DNA of 64,000 nucleotides from an uncultured Thermoplasmatales archaeon. GTDB lineage: Archaea; Thermoplasmatota; Thermoplasmata; Thermoplasmatales; GCA-001856825. Positions 28,416-37,786 of this stretch are shown here, piece by piece (the stretch's first letter is position 1; the number at the start of each line of letters is the position of its first letter). The stretch spans positions 5,880-69,879 of the forward strand of contig CAYMEF010000001.1 in assembly GCA_964389625.1 (NCBI GenBank). Direction: 5' to 3'. The notes beneath the pieces were generated by a model that did not search any database, had not been told where the DNA came from, and saw nothing but the letters and a program-made list of their open reading frames with translations. The translations under genes and the position numbers were made by a program.

Positions 28416-29900
28416 TCACTTGTTTCCGTATATCTGATAATACCAGCTCTTTCTGGCGTTCCCCGTAAGGTCGATGTAAACGTGCTTTAGAGAGGTAAAT
28501 TCTTCGATGGAATATCTGGAAGTGGAGGCACCAAACCCAGAACCCTTCATTGGGGACCACGGCATCTCGGAGGGTATCGGTACGTGATCGTTGATCCACA
28601 CAGTACCGAATCTCAGGTCCCTGGCAGCCATCATTGCATTCCTGACGTCCTTTGTCCATACCGATGATCCAAGTCCGTATACTACGTCATTTGCCTTTTC
28701 AATGACTTCATCGTACGTTTTGAATTTGAGCAAAACTGGGACAGGTCCGAATATCTCTTCCTGGACCACCCTTGCCTTGTTGTCATCGGTACCTAGCAGC
28801 ACAGGTTTTGTGAAGAACCCGGACTCAAAAGTGGTTTCCCCGTCCTCGTAGAGAACCTCCCCCTCCTTTCTTCCTATTTCTACGTATGACCTGACCTTAT
28901 TGAGTTGATCTGAAGAGATCAGAGGACCGACGTCTGTTGTTGGTTCGGTGGGGTTCCCGACCCTGATCTTCCCAATCTTTTCTATGAACATTTTCTTGAA
29001 TCTTTCGTAAGCTCCATCCTGAACGTAGATCCTGGTAGCTGCGGAACAGTCTTGGCCATTATTTACAAAGCTTCCGACAACTGCGCCCTCCGTGGCTGCT
29101 TCCAGGTCTGCGTCTTCAAATACAATGAATGGGGCCTTGCCTCCCAGTTCGAGAGAGAGCCTTTTTACGGAACTAGATGCAATGTTGAAAATCCTCTTAC
29201 CCACCTCGTTAGATCCCGTAAAAGCTATCATGTCAACTTTGTCACTCTTTGCAAGTTCTTCCCCAACCGTCCTACCCGGTCCCGTGATCACGTTGAAGAC
29301 ACCGCTCGGTATCCCTGCGTCCTTGACAGCATTGGCCAGCTCCAGAGTCGTCAGTGGCGTGTAGGTGGCGGGTTTTACCACAACCGTGTTCCCTGCGGCA
29401 ATGGCTGGGATAGCCCGCCAGGCGACCATCATAAGCGGATAATTCCATGGTGTTATCGCCGCCACTACTCCTACCGGTTCTCTCCGAAGGATGCTCGTTC
29501 CCTCGGAAACGTACTCCTTTGCAGCAACACCGTCTAAAATTCTTGCCGCTCCCGCGAAGAAACGGAGATTGTCTATTGTGTATGAAACGTCATAATCTAC
29601 AACCTGTTTGACTGGCTTCCCGGTATTTGCAAGTTCTGTTTCGCCAAATTTTATCATATCCTGTTCAAGGAACCTGCTGAGTCGCAGTATGGCCTCCGCC
29701 CGTCCCGCTGGTGAAAGTCTCGGCCATTCTCCCTTGTCAAAGGCATGCCTCGCAGCGTCTATGGCTGCCCTGGTATCTTCTAAGTTCCCCTTCTGGATCG
29801 TTGCAATCTGTTGCTCGTTCGCTGGATTGATTACACCTTCCTCCTCTTCCTTGCTGGATTTTACCCATTCATTATTTATAAACAAACCGTAGCTTTTCAT
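28416..29900 (-). CDS. NAD(P)-dependent aldehyde dehydrogenase (aminoaldehyde / betaine-aldehyde DH-like)
   Basis: ELGGKAP, GQDCSAATR, EEIFGPV. Start re-called to ATG 29900 (MKSYGLFINNEW). Confidence 0.9.
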   Translation of the reverse strand: MKSYGLFINNEWVKSSKEEEEGVINPANEQQIATIQKGNLEDTRAAIDAARHAFDKGEWPRLSPAGRAEAILRLSRFLEQDMIKFGETELANTGKPVKQVVDYDVSYTIDNLRFFAGAARILDGVAAKEYVSEGTSILRREPVGVVAAITPWNYPLMMVAWRAIPAIAAGNTVVVKPATYTPLTTLELANAVKDAGIPSGVFNVITGPGRTVGEELAKSDKVDMIAFTGSNEVGKRIFNIASSSVKRLSLELGGKAPFIVFEDADLEAATEGAVVGSFVNNGQDCSAATRIYVQDGAYERFKKMFIEKIGKIRVGNPTEPTTDVGPLISSDQLNKVRSYVEIGRKEGEVLYEDGETTFESGFFTKPVLLGTDDNKARVVQEEIFGPVPVLLKFKTYDEVIEKANDVVYGLGSSVWTKDVRNAMMAARDLRFGTVWINDHVPIPSEMPWSPMKGSGFGASTSRYSIEEFTSLKHVYIDLTGNARKSWYYQIYGNK

Positions 29901-29998
29901 TCTATTCAATAATCTCATAGCTACCCCAAAGATAAAATTTAGCATTTTACAGAGGTATTGGAAAAAAATCCAATTATGATCTCTAAATGTCTCTCTTT

Positions 29999-30991
29999 CT
30001 ACTCTGTTTTATTTTCTTGGGTGCCCCGCTCTTTGTAGTCGTACAACCAGCACTTCACTGAGCTCTTCCCGAAGTCAAAAGTGGGGGGGTCATTCTCACA
30101 AGCGATAAATCGCCTGCTGCACGAATTTTGATATATGCAACCGTGCCTGCATGGCTCTCCGGATTCGTGGGCCACATTGAACTCTTTGGAGGAGCCAAAT
30201 GAGAGGTTAGCGTTGATCAGGTCTGAAGTATACGGATGCTTCGGCCGCTCGAAGATTTCGAATGTATTCCCCTGCTCAAGTATCTGACCGTAGTAGAGGA
30301 CAGCAACCCGGTCGCACATGTACTTTATCACGTTGAGATCGTGTGTAATGAAGAGGTAGCTGATCGATAGTTCATTCTTAAGACGGGTGAGCAAGTTGAG
30401 AATCTGTGCCTGAATAGATACGTCAAGTGAACTGGTGGGTTCATCTAGGACCAGTATTTTCTTCTCTCCGATCAGCGTCCGGGCCAGACTCACTCTCTGT
30501 TTTTCGCCTCCGCTGAGTTCGGGTGGAAACGACTCGAGCTTGCTCTCCGGCAGCTCAACCAATTCGGCGGCATCTCTGATCTTGGTTTGGAGTTCTTTTT
30601 CAGTCAATTTTTCTTGATCTATAATGCCCTCGGCTATTATCTCAGAAACTGTGACCCTAGGGTTGAGGCTCCCGACGGGATCCTGAAAAACTATTCCTAT
30701 CTTCTTCCTCATTAGCAGGATGTCCTCACGCTTCTTGAAATCTATCTGTTTCCCATAGAGCTTGACCTTACAGTTCTTAGGCTTGTATATACCGACCAGT
30801 GTCCTGGCAAGCGTGGTCTTCCCTGATCCGGTCTCTCCAACTATGCCAAACGTCTCTCCCGCCTTGATGTTGAACGAGATAGAATCGAGGACCTTCTTCC
30901 ACTTTTCTGACTCGTCCGCTGTATGAAACATCTTGGTTTTCTTCTTGAACTGGAGAGAGAGGTTCTCGACCTCTAGAATGGGTTCATTCAT
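29999..30991 (-). CDS. Opp/Dpp-type ABC transporter ATP-binding protein (F-like)
   Basis: GETGSGKTT, LSGGEKQR, ILVLDEPT, and a C-terminal Cys-rich oligopeptide-type extension. ATG 30991 overlaps the upstream stop by 8 nt (ATGAATGA). Confidence 0.9.
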   Translation of the reverse strand: MNEPILEVENLSLQFKKKTKMFHTADESEKWKKVLDSISFNIKAGETFGIVGETGSGKTTLARTLVGIYKPKNCKVKLYGKQIDFKKREDILLMRKKIGIVFQDPVGSLNPRVTVSEIIAEGIIDQEKLTEKELQTKIRDAAELVELPESKLESFPPELSGGEKQRVSLARTLIGEKKILVLDEPTSSLDVSIQAQILNLLTRLKNELSISYLFITHDLNVIKYMCDRVAVLYYGQILEQGNTFEIFERPKHPYTSDLINANLSFGSSKEFNVAHESGEPCRHGCIYQNSCSRRFIACENDPPTFDFGKSSVKCWLYDYKERGTQENKTE

Positions 30992-31982
30992 AGAGCCAAC
31001 ACGCAACCTCCCTTTTGTCCATCTGCGTCTTGAGTTCTGGAACCTTGTTGCGGCATATCTCCATGACTCTGGGACACCTGGGATTGAAGGCGCAGCCTGG
31101 CGGCAGGTTTCTTAGATCTGGTGGAGCGCCTGCAGACACTCTGAGAATCCCATCGTTCAGGTAACCTTCTGGAACTGAGTCTTTCAGCATCTTTGTGTAC
31201 GGGTGGAGTGGATCTTTTAGGACCTCTTTCATCCTTCCCATTTCCACTACCTTTCCGGCATACATGACGTATACTCTGTCGCACATATTTGCCGCTACTT
31301 CGAGGTCATGAGTTATCAGGAGAATGCTCGACAGTACCTCCTCTTTCAAGCGGAGTATCAGGCTTATGATCTTCCTCTGAACTATTAGATCCAACCCAGT
31401 CGTGGGTTCATCTAGAATCAGTAGGTTTGGTTTCTGCACTAGAACCATTGCTATGGAAACTCTCTGCCTCATACCACCGGAGAGTTGATGCGGGTAAACG
31501 CTCAGGACCCCTTCCACATCCCTTATCATTACCTCATTCAAACTCTTCCTTATTATTGCCTCCTTTTCCTTCTTTCCAATTTTCTGTTCTCCTATGTTTA
31601 TTGCTTCTTCCATCTGGTCATGGACTGAATAAACTGGATTGAGTGAGGTCAGTGGTTCTTGGAAAATCATATTAATACCCTTTCCTCTGAAGTTTACCTT
31701 CTTGTCATTCCTGGGGTATATTTCCTTCCCATCGAAGCGTATTGTCCCTCCAGTTACCTTTGCTGGTGGCGTGTCCAAGACCCCTATTATGGCCTGAGCG
31801 AGCGTAGACTTCCCCGATCCGCTCTCACCCACAACGCCCACTACCTCTTCCTTACCCACTCTTACTGACACTCCCTTGAGGACTTCCACCGTTCTATCGA
31901 CAGTCTCGAAATTCACAGCAAGTCCATCTACTTCGAGAAGGTTATCGCTCAAATTGTCTCTATTGGGAATGGTAGCAGCCAT
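30984..31982 (-). CDS. Opp/Dpp-type ABC transporter ATP-binding protein (D-like)
   Basis: GESGSGKST, LSGGMRQR, LLILDEPT. Confidence 0.9.
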   Translation of the reverse strand: MAATIPNRDNLSDNLLEVDGLAVNFETVDRTVEVLKGVSVRVGKEEVVGVVGESGSGKSTLAQAIIGVLDTPPAKVTGGTIRFDGKEIYPRNDKKVNFRGKGINMIFQEPLTSLNPVYSVHDQMEEAINIGEQKIGKKEKEAIIRKSLNEVMIRDVEGVLSVYPHQLSGGMRQRVSIAMVLVQKPNLLILDEPTTGLDLIVQRKIISLILRLKEEVLSSILLITHDLEVAANMCDRVYVMYAGKVVEMGRMKEVLKDPLHPYTKMLKDSVPEGYLNDGILRVSAGAPPDLRNLPPGCAFNPRCPRVMEICRNKVPELKTQMDKREVACWLYE

Positions 31983-31992
31983 ATTAATTATC

Positions 31993-33144
31993 TTAGTTTG
32001 AGTCGAAGCTCTCTTCGGCCTTTATCTTGATGTCCCTCTTTCCGAGTTCAGCGAAGAATGGTTTGACGGGAACTATCTGCTCTGGGGGCTTTACCCCCTT
32101 CCCCTTTATAACACCAGTCATTATCATCTGAGCGATTATTGAACCGGGGACTCCAACTTCTTTCTGGGATGCAGAGACCTTCCACTTTTCATCATACTTG
32201 AAATATGCCCTCATCTCGACCTTCTTGGGTCTGCCTTCGTCTATTCCCTTAGCCGTGACTATTGTCATTTCGTAGTCCATAACCTGGACGTTCTCGGGGG
32301 GTGCAAACATATTCTGCGACTTGAGAAAATCGAACAGGAATTCCCTCGGGACGACCTCAGAGCCTCCAGCCTTGACCTTGTCCAGCCTTCCAAATCCTAT
32401 ATCCGTTAGGAACTTGAGCTTCTCGATTTCAGCGCTACCCTCCTTCCATTCTATATATTTAATCCCTTTTTCGATGAAACTCGCAGGGAGGGTCGCAATT
32501 TCGGAGTGAATAGACCTGAATATCTTGGCTTTCCCGATCTCCCATCCAAAGTCGTACTCCTCGCTAACCCCGAACGGATCTGATTCCACTATGCTGCCGT
32601 CAAAGTGTACCGCCTTCAGGGTGAGTTCGTCAAAGAGAGTGGAAGGGGACCAAGTGAAAAAGAGCTTCTGGTAGTTTGTCTTGTCGATCCACCCATCCCT
32701 GATTATTATCTCATCGACCTTGTCCATCTTGCTGACCGCGTAGCTGGCCATGATGTTAGAGATTCCAGGCTGTGCCCCCATCCCGATTATTGCCAATAGA
32801 CCTGCGTCCTTGAACTCCTGATCGAGCGTCAACTGCTCCAGTGTTATTCGATACAGACCTCCAAAATCAATGTAATTCGTCTTGGCCTCGAGTGCTGCCT
32901 TCATTATCTTCATATTGTGATAATACTGAACCGCGTTTATGACAACGTCAGCACCGCGAAGGGTCTTGACTAGGGAATCCTTGTCGTTAACATCCTGTTT
33001 GACGAATTTGACCCTAGGATCTCCAAAATCCAGATTTTTTACTATATCGGCAACTATTATCTCATCCATTTTATTATTTTCGATTAAATCAAATACTGCA
33101 CATCGACCCGTTAAACCCATTCCACCCAGTACTATAGCCTTCAC
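31993..33144 (-). CDS. Saccharopine dehydrogenase family protein (NADP-binding plus C-terminal domain)
   Basis: MKAIVLGGMGLTG Rossmann start, 383 aa. Family also includes lysine-forming saccharopine DH, carboxynorspermidine DH and homospermidine synthase. Confidence 0.75.
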   Translation of the reverse strand: MKAIVLGGMGLTGRCAVFDLIENNKMDEIIVADIVKNLDFGDPRVKFVKQDVNDKDSLVKTLRGADVVINAVQYYHNMKIMKAALEAKTNYIDFGGLYRITLEQLTLDQEFKDAGLLAIIGMGAQPGISNIMASYAVSKMDKVDEIIIRDGWIDKTNYQKLFFTWSPSTLFDELTLKAVHFDGSIVESDPFGVSEEYDFGWEIGKAKIFRSIHSEIATLPASFIEKGIKYIEWKEGSAEIEKLKFLTDIGFGRLDKVKAGGSEVVPREFLFDFLKSQNMFAPPENVQVMDYEMTIVTAKGIDEGRPKKVEMRAYFKYDEKWKVSASQKEVGVPGSIIAQMIMTGVIKGKGVKPPEQIVPVKPFFAELGKRDIKIKAEESFDSN

Positions 33145-33300
33145 AACACTATATTAAAATACTTAAATATAACAGTTTCCCTTTTTTGCAAAAAAATGTA
33201 AAAAAAATGAAATATAATTAGACAAATTTTAATCAAATACGCCTCTGAGAAAAAATAATATACCCTCTAGGAATATCAATCCGTATATGGTTGTGAAATT

Positions 33301-34677
33301 ATGGAGACCGGCGATGATGTTCATAAAGAAATTTTGAAAGTTCCAGAGAAGGCGAGAGTGTTTGACACGAGGAGGTCTCACAATCTCTTCAAAAAGACAA
33401 AAAAGTTGATACCCACCGGTGCTAGTTCCCTCATGAGGACGAGCTCATGGGACGAGTATCCCATATTCATGAGAAGGGCCAAGGGGACAAGGATGTGGGA
33501 TGTGGATGGAAACGAGTACATCGATTTCCTGATGGCATTTGGACCGTTGATAAACGGCCATGCTAACGAGAAAATAACTGCGGCTGTAAGGAAATACATA
33601 AAGAATGGAGATCTCTACGGTACTCCAAACGAACTAGAATACAAACTGGCAAGGGAGTTCAAGAAGTTTGTAAAGACACAAGACATGGTTACTTTTGCAC
33701 TCAGCGGATCGGATGCTACATTCAACGCGCTCAGGATTGCGAGGGCTGCTACAGGCAAAGACATGATTCTGAAGTTTGAGGGGCACTACCACGGACTTCA
33801 CGACTACGGAGCAGTATCTGTTGAGGCCCCACCTCAGGTTTCCGGCCTCAAGTGGTTCCCGAAGTCTCTACCCTATTCTGCCGGAATACCGCAGGGAGTT
33901 ATGGATACGGTAGTAGTTTCGTCCTGGAACGATCTCGAGAGCCTATCGAAGATACTAAGGATCAGAGGAAATGAGATCGCTGCAATAATAATGGAACCAA
34001 TAATGGCGAATTCCACGCTCATATCACCGGAACCAGAGTATTTGAAGGGTGTAAGAGAGCTAGCCGATGAGTACAACATTCTGTTGATATTCGACGAGGT
34101 GATAACTGGTTTCAGAGTTAGCGAGGGAGGCGCACAGAAGCTCTACGGAGTTACTCCAGATCTCTCTTCCTGGGCAAAGTCCCTCAGCAACGGGTACCCC
34201 ATATCTGCCGTCGCTGGTAAGAAGGAGTACATGGAACTGATAGGCAACGGCGTAGGTTACGGCGGCACCTATTTTGGAGTCCCGATATCCTTGACAGCAT
34301 CCATAACCAACTTGAAGATACTCGAAACTAACGAATTCGAGGGCTACAGTCACCTGGGTAGATTGACGAGAAGAATGGGAAGAGGTATAGAAGAAATAGC
34401 GGAGGATCTCGATGAGCCTATGTTTGTCAACTACGAAACGGGTCTGTTGACGTTCATCTTCACTGAACAGAAACGGGTCACAAACTATAGGGAAAGCATC
34501 ATAATGGACTGGAACAAATACAAGGGAGTCCAACAGAGAATGCTTCAGAAAGGAATATACTATCACCCCGACGGAGCGGAAAGAATCCCATTGTCTATGG
34601 TGCACACAGATGCCGACATTGATACGTTCCTGACTGGACTGAGAGATTCGATAAAGGATTACAACAGAGAGAACTGA
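33301..34677 (+). CDS. Class-III PLP aminotransferase (glutamate-1-semialdehyde aminomutase-like subgroup)
   Basis: SGSDATFNALRIAR, FDEVITGFR, WAKSLSNGYP. Confidence 0.8.
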   Translation: METGDDVHKEILKVPEKARVFDTRRSHNLFKKTKKLIPTGASSLMRTSSWDEYPIFMRRAKGTRMWDVDGNEYIDFLMAFGPLINGHANEKITAAVRKYIKNGDLYGTPNELEYKLAREFKKFVKTQDMVTFALSGSDATFNALRIARAATGKDMILKFEGHYHGLHDYGAVSVEAPPQVSGLKWFPKSLPYSAGIPQGVMDTVVVSSWNDLESLSKILRIRGNEIAAIIMEPIMANSTLISPEPEYLKGVRELADEYNILLIFDEVITGFRVSEGGAQKLYGVTPDLSSWAKSLSNGYPISAVAGKKEYMELIGNGVGYGGTYFGVPISLTASITNLKILETNEFEGYSHLGRLTRRMGRGIEEIAEDLDEPMFVNYETGLLTFIFTEQKRVTNYRESIIMDWNKYKGVQQRMLQKGIYYHPDGAERIPLSMVHTDADIDTFLTGLRDSIKDYNREN

Positions 34678-34837
34678 TTCCATGGGCCCGGGGCATTCTT
34701 GCCCCTATCTTTCCCAAGTATGGGAATTGTACGCTCAACGCGAGTGGGTTTAGTTTTAAGTGATTTGAATTTATTCCGATTGAATCTATCGCTAATGTTT
34801 CTCGAACATTCACAGAATTGATATACTTTATTTATTT

Positions 34838-36205
34838 ATGTCAAATATGGCTGGAAATAATCCTGATGCTTCCAATGATGTTAGGAAAAATTGTACCGAT
34901 TTGACGTATGGTACGTGGAGAAAACAAGGTGGTTGGTCCCCGCTGGTAATACAGAAGGCAGAAGGAGTCTACTTCTCTGATTCTAATGGCAGGAATTACC
35001 TGGATTTTTCCTCCCAGCTCATGTGCTCGAATTTAGGCCACGGTAACCGAAGAATCAAGGATGCGATCGATGAACAACTTGACAAGTTTGAGTACGTACA
35101 GCCTGGATATGCAACAGAGATCAGGTCTGAAGTCTCCACTCTCCTCAAGGAGGTGCTTCCATCTACTCTGACGAAGTACTTCTTCGGCACATCGGGGACA
35201 GAGGCAAACGAGGCAGCGATAAAGACGGTCAGAATGTTTTTCCAGAGGGACAGGAAGACCAAGATAATCTCGAACTTCAATTCCTACCACGGGTCGACCT
35301 CTGGCAGCATAACGCTTACAGGGGACTTTAGGAGACTCCCGGTAGACACATACTATTCAGTCCCGGGGGTTGTACACTCTATACCTCCGTATTGCTACAG
35401 ATGCCCTCTGAAGCTGAAATTTCCGGATTGCGATCTGGCGTGTGCGGAATATAACCGATACTTGATCAAGAATGAAGGAAACATAGGGGGGATGATAGTC
35501 GAACCAGTCACGGGGACAAATGGGGTCATCATACCTCCGGATGGCTATCTTCAGAGGATAAGAGAGATCACCAAAGAAAACGACGTTCTATTGATCGCAG
35601 ACGAAGTCATGAGCGGTTGGGGTCGAACCGGAGCATGGTTTGCAGTCGAGAACTGGAATGTAGATCCAGACATCCTCACCACCGCAAAGGGAATCACCGG
35701 CGCCTATGTCCCTCTCTCCCTAATGGCAACTAGCAAGAGAATTGCGGATTATTTTGAGAACAATTATTTTGCGCATGGGCATACCTACGAGGCTCATCCC
35801 GTAGCACTGGCTGCGGCTAGGGCCGCTATAAATGAATACAAGGAGATGAAGCTCATTCAGAGATCGAGGGAATTGGGGAAGACGCTCGGCAAGAGACTTG
35901 AAGAGATCAAGGAGAGGCATAAATCGGTAGGGGACGTGAGGAGTATTGGTTTGTTCGGCGCAGTGGAGCTGGTGAAAGACCGGGAGAAGAGAACACCATT
36001 CAACACCTTCGAAGAAAAGTTGGAGGGTAAGCAGCTGATGACAGACAGGGTCTCTAAGAGCGCAATGGAAAGCGGTGTTTACATAAACAACTGGCTCAAT
36101 CACTTCGTAATTGCCCCTCCTCTTGTAATTTCAGAACGTGATCTTGAAAAGGGACTGAACACGCTGGACGAGAGCTTGAGAATATCTGACGGCGAGGCGA
36201 ATTGA
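34838..36205 (+). CDS. Class-III omega-amino acid:pyruvate-type aminotransferase
   Basis: GTSGTEANEAAIK, ADEVMSGWGRTG, TAKGITGAY (PLP Lys). Confidence 0.85.
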   Translation: MSNMAGNNPDASNDVRKNCTDLTYGTWRKQGGWSPLVIQKAEGVYFSDSNGRNYLDFSSQLMCSNLGHGNRRIKDAIDEQLDKFEYVQPGYATEIRSEVSTLLKEVLPSTLTKYFFGTSGTEANEAAIKTVRMFFQRDRKTKIISNFNSYHGSTSGSITLTGDFRRLPVDTYYSVPGVVHSIPPYCYRCPLKLKFPDCDLACAEYNRYLIKNEGNIGGMIVEPVTGTNGVIIPPDGYLQRIREITKENDVLLIADEVMSGWGRTGAWFAVENWNVDPDILTTAKGITGAYVPLSLMATSKRIADYFENNYFAHGHTYEAHPVALAAARAAINEYKEMKLIQRSRELGKTLGKRLEEIKERHKSVGDVRSIGLFGAVELVKDREKRTPFNTFEEKLEGKQLMTDRVSKSAMESGVYINNWLNHFVIAPPLVISERDLEKGLNTLDESLRISDGEAN

Positions 36206-37654
36206 ATGATTGCAATAAAGAATTTTGTTAATGGAAGATTCGAGGAACCAAAAGGACAGGACACATACGATGTGTACAACCCAGCCTTTGGAAAGAGGAT
36301 TGCTGTCGTCAGGGCGGGAAAGAGAGAGGAAATTGATGCCGCAATCGAAGGCGCGTACGACGCTCAGTTGAAGTGGCAGAGAGTGCCGATTTCTGACAGG
36401 ATCAAGTATCTTTTCAGGCTTGAAAACTTGATGTGGGAAAGGATCGATAGGATCGCCGAGGTCACCACAATCGAACATGGGAAGACGTTTGAAGAATCCA
36501 AGGGGGACGTAGTGCGTTCGATACAGAACGTTGAGTCGGCCGCAGCAGCAAGCTACCAAATTATGGGGAAAAGCAATAAACAGATAGCGACGGGAGTAGA
36601 CGAGGAGCTCGTAAGAGTGCCAATGGGTGTATTTGCAATAGTTTCCCCATTCAACTTCCCTGTAATGATTCCATTCTGGTTTTTCCCTTATGCTGTGACT
36701 CTGGGAAATTCTGTGGTGATCAAACCTTCCGAGAAGACACCGATGAGCATGGAAATGATCATGGGACTGATCAAGGAAGCGGGGTTCCCGGACGGAGTCA
36801 TCCAACAGGTAAACGGAGGAAAAGAGGCTGTAGATTTTATACTTGAAAACAAGAAGATAGCGGGGGTCAGCTTTGTGGGGTCAACACCGGCAGCAGAATA
36901 CGTTTACATGAAGGGCACTTCGAGCAAGAAGAGAGTCCAGGGAGGTGCTTCAGCGAAGAATTACATATTGGTAATGCCAGACGCAGATCTCGAAAAGAAC
37001 ATCGACAACATGATAGGGTCCTTCTATGGGAATGCAGGGGAAAGGTGTCTGGCCGGATCCGTACTCGTCACTCTTCCGGAGAATCATGATAAGGTCATCA
37101 GTTTGTTTAAGAGGAGAGCGTCCGAGATCAAGCTGGGGTATGGAATGGATGTAGGGGTCGACATGGGCCCTCTAATAAGAAGGGATCACTTGGAAAGGGT
37201 CACGAACTACATAGAGATCGGAAGCAAAGAGGGAGGGAAACTGGTACTCGATGGCAGGGGGGCCAAGATCCCCAAGTATCCCGATGGATTTTTCCTCGGA
37301 CCGACAATAATTGACGATGTTGAGGAGGGCATGACTGTCATGAATGAAGAAATCTTTGGCCCGGTCGCATCATTCTATACCGCGAGCTTGCTGGAAGACG
37401 CGGTCGAGGCTATAAACAGGAGCAGGTACGGCAACGCGTCTACGATCTATACAACGTCTGGCCTGAATGCTAGGAAGTTCTCCGAAACTGTAGAGACCGG
37501 GAACATCGGGATCAATGTGGGAGTTGCGGCCCCCATAGCTTTCTATCCGTTCTCAGGGAGGAAGGATTCATTCTTTGGTGATCTTCACCCGCAGGGTGGG
37601 GATGACAGCGTCCTCTTCTTCACGGAGAGAAAGGTCATCATCTCCAGGTGGTAA
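36206..37654 (+). CDS. mmsA: CoA-acylating methylmalonate/malonate-semialdehyde dehydrogenase
   Basis: 482-aa ALDH with FVNGRF, catalytic GERCLA, EEIFGPV. The ATG directly abuts the aminotransferase stop (TGAATG). Confidence 0.8.
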   Translation: MIAIKNFVNGRFEEPKGQDTYDVYNPAFGKRIAVVRAGKREEIDAAIEGAYDAQLKWQRVPISDRIKYLFRLENLMWERIDRIAEVTTIEHGKTFEESKGDVVRSIQNVESAAAASYQIMGKSNKQIATGVDEELVRVPMGVFAIVSPFNFPVMIPFWFFPYAVTLGNSVVIKPSEKTPMSMEMIMGLIKEAGFPDGVIQQVNGGKEAVDFILENKKIAGVSFVGSTPAAEYVYMKGTSSKKRVQGGASAKNYILVMPDADLEKNIDNMIGSFYGNAGERCLAGSVLVTLPENHDKVISLFKRRASEIKLGYGMDVGVDMGPLIRRDHLERVTNYIEIGSKEGGKLVLDGRGAKIPKYPDGFFLGPTIIDDVEEGMTVMNEEIFGPVASFYTASLLEDAVEAINRSRYGNASTIYTTSGLNARKFSETVETGNIGINVGVAAPIAFYPFSGRKDSFFGDLHPQGGDDSVLFFTERKVIISRW

Positions 37655-37786
37655 CCTCCCCCGTTAAGCTATATTTCTAGCGGGACAATCCCACTTCTGG
37701 AAAAAATAGCAAAAAAAGTCAATATTCGAGACAAATTAATGGCAAACTTTAAGTTAATATATTGTTTTCATCATTGAAGATTTGAT

